This document shows, piece after piece, positions 17,070 through 24,335 of a stretch of 64,000 nucleotides of DNA. Position numbers and translations under genes: made by a program. Within the stretch, counting starts at the first letter, position 1. The number at the start of each line of letters is the position of its first letter. The notes beneath the pieces are model-generated. The model searched no databases and was not told where the DNA came from. It saw nothing but the letters and a program-made list of their open reading frames with translations. This stretch comes from an uncultured Agathobaculum sp. (lineage in GTDB: Bacteria; Bacillota; Clostridia; Oscillospirales; Butyricicoccaceae): contig CALWJK010000002.1 of the NCBI GenBank assembly GCA_944380975.1, positions 37,766 to 101,765 of the forward strand. Direction: 5' to 3'.

Positions 17070-18620
17070 ATGAGAATCCAACATAACATTATGGCAATGA
17101 ATGCCTACCGCAATTATTCCAACAACACTTCGGCTCTGTCTAAGAACCTCGAGAAGCTGTCTTCCGGTTACAAGATCAACCGTGCTGGCGACGACGCGGC
17201 TGGTCTGGCGATTTCTGAGAAGATGCGTGCCCAGATCACCGGTCTGGAAACCGCTCAGAAGAACGCGAAGGACGGTATCTCCCTCGTTCAGACCGCTGAA
17301 GGCGCGCTGACTGAAGTTCATGACATGCTCAACCGTATGGTCGAGCTGGCTAACCAGTCTGCAAACGGCACCTATGACAACGAGACCGACCGTGCGAACC
17401 TCCAGAAGGAAGTTGAGCAGCTGAAGAGCGAAATCGACCGTATTGCTGATTCCGCAAACTTCAACGGCATCAAGCTGCTGGACGGCTCGCTGAGCGAGAG
17501 CGGCAACAAGAGCATTGAGATCTCCGGCATTGCGACAACCTTTGCGCAAGGCAGCGCAAGCATTGCGTCGACTTCGGCGTCGTTGGCTGCATCTACTGCG
17601 ATTGGTGCTGGTTTTGCATCTGGTGACACGATTGAGCTTACCCTTGCTGTTGACAACGGCAAGAGCTACAGCATCAAGCTGACGCGCGATGGCAATACGC
17701 TGGTTGACGAGAATGGCAAGTCTTATAAGATTTCCTCCACGGCAAAGGCTTCGGAGGTCAATGCGGCGATCGCCGGCGCGATCAAGGATGCAACCGGTGG
17801 CGCATTTACTGCAACCGGTGGTATTGGCTCTAAGTTGACTATTACCAGCACAGAGACCGGTGCAAACGCCCCGTCGGTGACCGGTATTACCGGTTCTGTT
17901 GATGGCACGGCAGCATCAGTCACTACGACTGTAAATGCGCCGGTGGCGGATAAGATTAACATTGCATCTAATGCTATCACGGCAGCCGGCACTAATGCTA
18001 CGGCTTCGGCTGTAACGGTCTTTACCATCAATGGACAGAAGTTTGCGCTGGCTGCTACCGATGCTGCACTGGATCATGTACAGAAGCTGGCAGGCGATGA
18101 TGTCAAGGTTGTTATCGGTGCTAACATTGGTGAAGCTGCGCAGCAGTTGGCAGATGCTACCGGTCTGAATATTGAGAAGCAGGTCGGCAATAATGGTATT
18201 TCGATCAGCACTGCCAGCGGCAAGGCGCTGACCCTGCAGATCGGCGATACCTCTGATTCCTACAACAAGCTGCAGGTATCCGTTCAGGATATGCACACTG
18301 GTTCGCTCGGCATCGCGGGCATCGACATTGGCACGCAGGACGGCGCTGCTGCGGCAGTTGACCTCATCAAGAATGCAATCAATATCGTTTCTGACGTACG
18401 TGGTACGCTTGGTGCTACCCAGAACCGTCTGGACCACACCATCAACAACCTGTCCGTCATGACTGAGAACATTCAGGATGCTGAGTCCACCATCCGCGAC
18501 ACCGACGTTGCAGACGAGATGATGGCTTACACCAAGAACAACATTCTGGTTCAGTCTGCGCAGGCTATGCTGGCACAGGCCAATCAGGTTCCGCAGGGCG
18601 TTCTCCAGCTCCTGCAGTAA
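17070..18620 (+). CDS. fliC: Flagellin (516 aa) with S/T/A-rich central variable domain
   Basis: Conserved N terminus [15 protein letters not shown]...[18 protein letters not shown]. Conserved C terminus [15 protein letters not shown]...[23 protein letters not shown]. Confidence 0.97.
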   Translation: MRIQHNIMAMNAYRNYSNNTSALSKNLEKLSSGYKINRAGDDAAGLAISEKMRAQITGLETAQKNAKDGISLVQTAEGALTEVHDMLNRMVELANQSANGTYDNETDRANLQKEVEQLKSEIDRIADSANFNGIKLLDGSLSESGNKSIEISGIATTFAQGSASIASTSASLAASTAIGAGFASGDTIELTLAVDNGKSYSIKLTRDGNTLVDENGKSYKISSTAKASEVNAAIAGAIKDATGGAFTATGGIGSKLTITSTETGANAPSVTGITGSVDGTAASVTTTVNAPVADKINIASNAITAAGTNATASAVTVFTINGQKFALAATDAALDHVQKLAGDDVKVVIGANIGEAAQQLADATGLNIEKQVGNNGISISTASGKALTLQIGDTSDSYNKLQVSVQDMHTGSLGIAGIDIGTQDGAAAAVDLIKNAINIVSDVRGTLGATQNRLDHTINNLSVMTENIQDAESTIRDTDVADEMMAYTKNNILVQSAQAMLAQANQVPQGVLQLLQ

Positions 18621-18653
18621 GCCAAACCAACAGTTTAGTTCAACCATACAGAG

Positions 18654-18682
18654 CGGGGCGGGCATTTGCCCGTCCCGTTTTT
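18654..18682 (+). terminator. Terminator hairpin after flagellin gene
   Basis: 10-bp G/C-rich stem 18654-18663 / 18668-18677 (one G-U pair) with a 4-nt loop, then only TTTTT. The next ORF region starts 6 nt later. Confidence 0.7.
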
Positions 18683-18708
18683 CTGTAATGGATAAAGGAG
18701 AGTCCGGA

Positions 18709-20646
18709 ATGAGCAGTAATACAATTGATCTTGCTCGTCGTTTAGCAGAGTTAGGACAGAAAGAGGATGCGCAGCAGGCTTATCTTATGGTTCTGCAGGA
18801 GGTTTCTGAGAAACAGCCGGAATTGGAGATGGAAGCTGCCAGCTTTATCTTTTTTTCAGAGGGCGATTATCAAATCGCCTACACAACATTTGTTTCTTTA
18901 TATAATCGTGGTTTCTATCAGGCTGAACTGATGGATTTGATGACACAGGCGTTTTATCTGCCGAATGTTGCCGAGCAGATGAAGCGATATGAACAGAATT
19001 GTGAGCGGTTAGGACGTTATCCTTATCTGTTTCGTAAGGATTTTTTGGCATTTGGTGATCTGCCGATTAAGTTTTTTCCCTTCAATGATGAAGGATATAT
19101 CCCGTATTATAAAGCGGAAAATCGGTTTGGTAGCTATGTGAATTTTAACGATCCGGTGATCGACCGCTATTTCTTTAATGATTTGGAAAATCCCATCCTT
19201 GCAAAGGATGTTTATTCACAATATCAGTTAGAGTACTTGACCGATAACGTACGTAAAAGTGAGTGGGTCGGTCGGGAAAATCACATATATTTGCATTACA
19301 CAGATTGGGCAGTATTTTGTGCCTATTTGCAATGCCTTTCTATCTATAATTTGTTGCGAGACAGCAAACAGGTGTTTTTGATTGGAAATGAAGTGTCACA
19401 GTATCCGATTGATTTCAAAGAGCGTTTTGGAATTGATTATAGTAAATATCCTGTCAAGCCGGTCAGTATCCGAGAGGTAAACCGCCTGATTTGGCACACG
19501 CAGCTTGCAGCACATAACGGCGGCGACTTCTTTAATGAAATTTTTTATGGCCATCCGAATTTGCTGTCATTTGAGTCGATTTTGTTTGATACAGTTTTGT
19601 CTCAGATTAAAGAATATCGCGAGCAGTTGAAGAAAAAGCGTTGTAAATCAAAGCTTGGTATTCAACTTTCTCAGCTTCAACATCCAACAGACAAGGATTT
19701 TTTGGTTGCGTTGTTTTTAGAAACCGCACCGGATTCTGTTCATACATGCCGGATTGCACCTGCACTTTTTTTCCAACCCCATTTCCATAATGTGATATGC
19801 GAAATGCGTGTTGATGACAAAACAGGAAAAACATTATTGTATTCTGAGCAGTTTGATGAACTTTCTAAGTCCTCTATTTTCCAGCATTTTAAGTATATCA
19901 AGACCTTTACTCCAATGAGGCGTATTACGACAAGTTATGCGGCAACCATTCGTTTTATGAGAAACTCTAATTTTCAGAGTAGTGACGCTGTTACCCCTGA
20001 TGTAATGGCTGAAAGGTTGCTGAATCGGAGTTTTATGGTTGATCGCTATAATCGTTTGTATCGAGATAGCGTGCTTGTCCGTTTTGAGGATGGTAAGTTA
20101 AATCCTAAGGCAACATTTACTGCATTAGCTGAGTTTTTGGATATTCCTTATACGGAAAGTATGACATATTGCTCTAGTAAAGATGGGATTAATCCTGAAT
20201 CATTAAAAGGTAATGTGCGTGGCTTTGATACAGCTACTGTTTATCGAACCTATGATGAATTCGCAAATGATGACGAGCGTGCCTTTATTGAGTATTTCAT
20301 GCGGGATGCTTATGAATATTATGGATATGATTTTCAGTATTATAAGGGTGAACCTGTCGATGAGCAATGGGTGACTAATAAAATTAAAGGATTTACTTGC
20401 ATTAATGAAGTCATAGAAAAATCGTGGGAAGATAATTTGTTGTCAAAGAAGGATGAAGAACAGCAATATGAGGACATTGTTGCGCAGGCAAAGCGAGTGA
20501 CGGAAAATTATGATGAGAATCGTATGAATATTGCGCATCTTCTGATGAGAGGCTTGCGCTTTGTTAACAAGCAAGGCCAGCCGCTGCACATGATGATGCC
20601 GCTTCGTCTTGACCCGGATCTTCTGGAGCAGCCGCTCTATCACTAA
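18709..20646 (+). CDS. Two-part protein: TPR-like helical N-terminal half plus sulfotransferase-like C-terminal half
   Basis: C-terminal half: G-rich loop plus FYGHPNLL (in the 5'-PSB position), TPMRRITTSYAA (resembling the 3'-PB R-x-P...S motif), and VLVRFEDGKLNPKATFTALAEFLDIPY (resembling the YEDLxxxPxxxxxxxxxFLGL tail of sulfotransferases). ATG 18709 lies 8 nt after AAAGGAG. Confidence 0.45.
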   Translation: MSSNTIDLARRLAELGQKEDAQQAYLMVLQEVSEKQPELEMEAASFIFFSEGDYQIAYTTFVSLYNRGFYQAELMDLMTQAFYLPNVAEQMKRYEQNCERLGRYPYLFRKDFLAFGDLPIKFFPFNDEGYIPYYKAENRFGSYVNFNDPVIDRYFFNDLENPILAKDVYSQYQLEYLTDNVRKSEWVGRENHIYLHYTDWAVFCAYLQCLSIYNLLRDSKQVFLIGNEVSQYPIDFKERFGIDYSKYPVKPVSIREVNRLIWHTQLAAHNGGDFFNEIFYGHPNLLSFESILFDTVLSQIKEYREQLKKKRCKSKLGIQLSQLQHPTDKDFLVALFLETAPDSVHTCRIAPALFFQPHFHNVICEMRVDDKTGKTLLYSEQFDELSKSSIFQHFKYIKTFTPMRRITTSYAATIRFMRNSNFQSSDAVTPDVMAERLLNRSFMVDRYNRLYRDSVLVRFEDGKLNPKATFTALAEFLDIPYTESMTYCSSKDGINPESLKGNVRGFDTATVYRTYDEFANDDERAFIEYFMRDAYEYYGYDFQYYKGEPVDEQWVTNKIKGFTCINEVIEKSWEDNLLSKKDEEQQYEDIVAQAKRVTENYDENRMNIAHLLMRGLRFVNKQGQPLHMMMPLRLDPDLLEQPLYH

Positions 20647-20660
20647 AGAGGGAGAACGCC

Positions 20661-21800
20661 ATGGATAACAAAGGAACGGTTTATTTTTTTACGGGTCTTT
20701 CTGGTGCAGGAAAGACCACGATTGGCGGTTTGTTTTATCAGCGCCTGAAAAAGACCAAGCCCAATGCGGTTTATCTGGATGGAGACGAGATGCGCCCTGC
20801 ATTTGGTGAGGATATTGGCTATACGCACGAGGAGCGGCTGCGCTGGGCAGGACGAATTTTTCGTGTCTGTCAATTGCTTTCTAATCAGGGAATTGATGTG
20901 GTTTGCTGTAGTATTGCGATGTTTGCAACAATACGGCAGTGGAACAGGGAAAATATCGCCAACTACAAGGAAATCTATATCAAGGTTAAAAAGGAGACAC
21001 TCCTGTCCCGCAATCAGAAAGGCTTATATACGGCAGGACATAATGTGGTAGGTGTGGATTTGCCGTTTGACGAGCCGAAAAATCCGGATCTAATCGTGCA
21101 AAATGATGGCGATGAGAGCCCGATAGAGGTTGTTAAGCGGATTGAAAAGATCTTGTATCCGTGTATTGTGCAGAATCCGATTGACAATACGGCATATTGG
21201 AATCAATACTATCAAAATCGTATTTGTTCTACAGAGCCGTCGCCGTTTGCACGTTATGTCGCAACTTTGGTAGATCCAGGGAAAACACTGGTGGATTTGG
21301 GCTGTGGAAATGGCAGAGATTCTTTGTTTTTTGCTGATATTGGTTTGAATGTGTTGGCGATTGATCTTTCGGATACAGCGATACAGCAGCAGGATATTTC
21401 TGAAAAGAGCAATATCAGATTCTTATGCGATGACTTCGTCAATTGCGAGGAACATCAACCGGAAACGTATGATTATGCTTACAGTAGGTTTACTATTCAT
21501 TCCATCAACGTCAATCAGGAGCAGCTTTTGCTGCAAACCATGTACCGGTCGTTGAAAAAAGGTGGTAAATTCTTTATTGAAGTTCGCAGTGTAAAAGATC
21601 CTCTCTATGGAAGAGGAGAAGCGCTGGAAAGAAATGCATTTTATTACGATAATCATTATCGGCGTTTTATCGTGATGGATGAGCTGATAGACCGCATGAA
21701 AGAACAAGGGTTTTTAATTGAGTATGCCGAAGAAAAAACCGGTTTTGCGCCATATGGGAATGACGATCCTCCGATTATCCGAGTGGTTGCAAAAAAGTAG
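20661..21800 (+). CDS. Fusion of APS-kinase-like (CysC-family) domain and class I SAM-dependent methyltransferase
   Basis: The N-terminal domain aligns by eye with CysC: VYFFTGLSGAGKTTIG, YLDGDEMR, DIGYTHEER, QKGLY. The C-terminal domain has SAM motif I, LVDLGCGNGRDSLFFA, plus KKGGKFFIEV. Confidence 0.7.
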   Translation: MDNKGTVYFFTGLSGAGKTTIGGLFYQRLKKTKPNAVYLDGDEMRPAFGEDIGYTHEERLRWAGRIFRVCQLLSNQGIDVVCCSIAMFATIRQWNRENIANYKEIYIKVKKETLLSRNQKGLYTAGHNVVGVDLPFDEPKNPDLIVQNDGDESPIEVVKRIEKILYPCIVQNPIDNTAYWNQYYQNRICSTEPSPFARYVATLVDPGKTLVDLGCGNGRDSLFFADIGLNVLAIDLSDTAIQQQDISEKSNIRFLCDDFVNCEEHQPETYDYAYSRFTIHSINVNQEQLLLQTMYRSLKKGGKFFIEVRSVKDPLYGRGEALERNAFYYDNHYRRFIVMDELIDRMKEQGFLIEYAEEKTGFAPYGNDDPPIIRVVAKK

Positions 21801-21811
21801 AGGGTTAGGCA

Positions 21812-22642
21812 ATGAAAAATAGGATGATGGTTGATCTGCATACCCATACTTCGGCTTCCGATGGACAGTATAGCCCGTCTCAGGTAGTAGAAATGGCAAA
21901 ACGGGCAGGAATTACTTGTCTAGCCATTACAGACCATGACACGATATCCGGATTGCAGGAGGCGCAAGCAGCAGGCAAGGAATACGGTATATCGGTTGTG
22001 CGGGGAATCGAATTGGGTGCAAAGGAAGACCGGCATTTGCATATTGTTGGACTGGGCTTTTGCGAGAACGCCACAGAATTGCAGCTGCTTTGCAATAAGC
22101 TGCGGCAAAGTAGAGATGAACGCAAGTATCGTATCGTGGATTTCCTACGGGAAAAAGGAATAGAGGTTTCGCTGGATGAGGTCACCGAGTTGGCCGGCGG
22201 AGAGGTGATTGCGCGACCGCATTTTGCACAGGTGATGTTACGGCACGGCTATGTATCTTCGATACGTGAGGCATTTGACCGCTATTTGGACACTGATGAG
22301 TATCAGCGTATCGAGCGTTTCAAAGCGTCTGCGGCAGAGTGTATTGAGGTGATTCATCAAGGTGGCGGAAAGGCAGTGCTCGCGCATCCGTATCAGCTTG
22401 GAATGCCGGATGATGCTTTGGAGCAGATGATCGCTCGGCTTAAAGCGGAAGGTTTGGACGGAATTGAATGCTATTATCCGCAGCATACACCAGAAATGAC
22501 CCAGCGCTATCTGGAGTTCGCGCAAAAGTATGCGTTATATGTCTCAGGCGGCAGTGATTTTCATGGGGAAGCAGTACATCCAGACAATTTGTTAAAGCCA
22601 ATTCCGCTGGATATATCTTGGCTGTTAGGGTTTGCTACATAA
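21812..22642 (+). CDS. PHP-domain phosphoesterase (TrpH/YciV-like; candidate 3',5'-bisphosphate nucleotidase)
   Basis: VDLHTHTSASDG, AITDHDT, LAHP and GGSDFHG are PHP metal ligands. The gene starts 11 nt after the upstream gene. Confidence 0.75.
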   Translation: MKNRMMVDLHTHTSASDGQYSPSQVVEMAKRAGITCLAITDHDTISGLQEAQAAGKEYGISVVRGIELGAKEDRHLHIVGLGFCENATELQLLCNKLRQSRDERKYRIVDFLREKGIEVSLDEVTELAGGEVIARPHFAQVMLRHGYVSSIREAFDRYLDTDEYQRIERFKASAAECIEVIHQGGGKAVLAHPYQLGMPDDALEQMIARLKAEGLDGIECYYPQHTPEMTQRYLEFAQKYALYVSGGSDFHGEAVHPDNLLKPIPLDISWLLGFAT

Positions 22643-22662
22643 ATCCTTCAAATGCAGGGTTT

Positions 22663-22697
22663 AAACCGGTAAGTGCAGAAGCACTTACCGGTTTTTT
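22663..22697 (+). terminator. Strong terminator ending the post-flagellin cassette
   Basis: 14-bp perfect stem AAACCGGTAAGTGC / GCACTTACCGGTTT with loop AGAA, followed by a T-run. Confidence 0.85.
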
Positions 22698-22750
22698 GCT
22701 GCTTTATTTCCATACATGCTCTTGACAGAAAAATATAATCCATAATACGC

Positions 22751-22777
22751 TAAGGAAATAGAAAATATGGTCGATAT
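22751..22777 (+). promoter_or_regulatory. Candidate sigma-28 promoter of G5/3D hydrolase gene
   Basis: TAAG (22751-22754)-N15-GTCGATAT (22770-22777). Confidence 0.45.
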
Positions 22778-22820
22778 ATTAAGATAAGCATATTTGGTAC
22801 TTGGGGGAGGCAATGACAGA

Positions 22821-24032
22821 TTGGAAAAATCACGCGGCAAAAAAGAGCCTCAAAAAAGGAAAATAGATTTCAAACTGCTTGCTATCTTAATTGCTATCAC
22901 CTGTTTGCTGCTCTTCTGTATATTTCGGATTATCGTTATCCGCAGCGCAGCCTGCACCTATGTGATGACGGATGGCGAACGATATGAGACGGTGCGGCTG
23001 TATCCGGGTTCTGTAGAAGAAGCATGCAGCAAGGCTGGTTTCCGGAATGTAGAGGTCGTGAATCGGAAAGACGATGACGGCATTGTATATTTGACGCTTA
23101 AAGAAACCTTTGATGTGTCGATCCAGACCAGTGAAGAGACATTGACCGTGCGCACAGCACCCTGTACAGTGGGAGAGCTGTTGGAAGCAAACGGTATCAG
23201 TGTGGGCAGCGATGATATCGTTACGCCGGATGTGGATGATTGGCTTTCCGACAGCACTCAGGTTACAGTGACCCGCGTCAGTTATTCAACCGTTACGGAA
23301 ACCGAGGACGTACCGTTCTCCGTGGAAGTACAATATGACAGCCAGATGCTTAAGGGGCAGCAGGAAATTGCTCGATACGGCGAAAACGGAGAAAAGAGCC
23401 TTGAGTACCGCGTGGAAGAGCACGACGGGGAAGAGGTTTCCCGCGAGCTGGTCAAGGAGGAAGAAGTAAAGGCGCCGATCAATTGCATCGTCAAGCAAGG
23501 CATCCGGATTGCGCAGAATGCGCAGGAGAAGCAGGCGACTTCTGAGGAAGCCAAAGCAGCGGCGGCGAGCAGCCAGACCTTACCATCGAGTCAGCCGGAA
23601 ACCGAGAGAGAAAGTACTGGGGAATTGTCTACGGCCGGTCGATCTCAGGTTTGGTCTGTGCCGGCAGGAATTACTGATGACACAGAGAATAAAATCATTA
23701 CAGCCGGTGACGGCTCAAGCTATGAGTATACAGCGGTGATTGATGTAACAGCCACTGCCTATCATCGGGTGGAGGACGGCGGTGAAATCACTGCATCCGG
23801 CACAGTGACCCAATACGGAACCATTGCGGTGGATCCGCGTGTCATTCCGTTGGGTAGCAGGCTGTATGTCGTATCAGACGGCGGCGATCAATCATGGTCC
23901 TACGGACCGGGGCTTGCAGAGGATACAGGCGGTTTGATCAAGGGAACAAAGATCGATTTGTTTTTCATGACAGGTGATGAAGCTGATGATTTTGGTATTC
24001 GTCCGGCAAAGGTATATATTTTAAAAGATTGA
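22821..24032 (+). CDS. YabE/RpfB-like cell-wall protein (TM anchor, DUF348/G5-like region, C-terminal 3D domain)
   Basis: The C terminus, TATAYH...TASGT...GTIAVDPRVIPLGSRLYV...DTGGLIKGTKIDLFF, is typical of a 3D (MltA-like) domain. TTG 22821 lies 10 nt after GGGGGAGG. The track start at 22794 would lie only ~10 nt downstream of the predicted transcription start. Confidence 0.75.
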   Translation: MEKSRGKKEPQKRKIDFKLLAILIAITCLLLFCIFRIIVIRSAACTYVMTDGERYETVRLYPGSVEEACSKAGFRNVEVVNRKDDDGIVYLTLKETFDVSIQTSEETLTVRTAPCTVGELLEANGISVGSDDIVTPDVDDWLSDSTQVTVTRVSYSTVTETEDVPFSVEVQYDSQMLKGQQEIARYGENGEKSLEYRVEEHDGEEVSRELVKEEEVKAPINCIVKQGIRIAQNAQEKQATSEEAKAAAASSQTLPSSQPETERESTGELSTAGRSQVWSVPAGITDDTENKIITAGDGSSYEYTAVIDVTATAYHRVEDGGEITASGTVTQYGTIAVDPRVIPLGSRLYVVSDGGDQSWSYGPGLAEDTGGLIKGTKIDLFFMTGDEADDFGIRPAKVYILKD

Positions 24033-24040
24033 TAGATAGC

Positions 24041-24067
24041 CTTAACTGTCATTCGGCACGGTCGATA
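24041..24067 (+). promoter_or_regulatory. Candidate sigma-28 promoter of yjfB-like gene
   Basis: TTAA (24041-24044)-N15-GTCGATAC (24060-24067). Confidence 0.45.
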
Positions 24068-24119
24068 CTAACAATAGCGATCCGGACAAGGGTCGCAAAT
24101 GCTAAGGGAGGTGGCTTGA

Positions 24120-24296
24120 ATGATGGATAGCATCGCCGCGGTGTCTGTGAACATGCATGCGGCACAGCTGCAGCAGAGTGTTTCGATCTCTGTGGCAAAG
24201 AAAGCAATGGATTCCGCAGAATTAGCGGCACAGGAAATGTTACAGATGCTTCCGGATACTTCCGGCAGAGGACAGGTCATTGACACGTATGCATAA
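24120..24296 (+). CDS. yjfB: YjfB-family small putative motility protein (58 aa; below ORF-track cutoff)
   Basis: Hand translation gives MMDSIAAVSVNMHAAQLQQSVSISVAKKAMDSAELAAQEMLQMLPDTSGRGQVIDTYA. The pattern matches the YjfB family (MS..Q.Q..ASISV.KKAMD). AGGGAGGTG lies 6 nt upstream. Confidence 0.75.
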   Translation: MMDSIAAVSVNMHAAQLQQSVSISVAKKAMDSAELAAQEMLQMLPDTSGRGQVIDTYA

Positions 24297-24330
24297 AAAA
24301 GAACGGCACATGAAGTGCCGTTCTTTTTTT
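24295..24330. terminator. Bidirectional terminator
   Basis: 11-bp stem AAGAACGGCAC / GTGCCGTTCTT with loop ATGAA, flanked by A- and T-runs. Confidence 0.8.
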
Positions 24331-24335
24331 GACTT

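Noticed and set aside
22698-22820. Possible ydaO-type c-di-AMP riboswitch upstream of the YabE/Rpf-like gene.
   Set aside because: The leader is only ~100 nt, AT-rich, and lacks the GC-rich conserved cores of that riboswitch.
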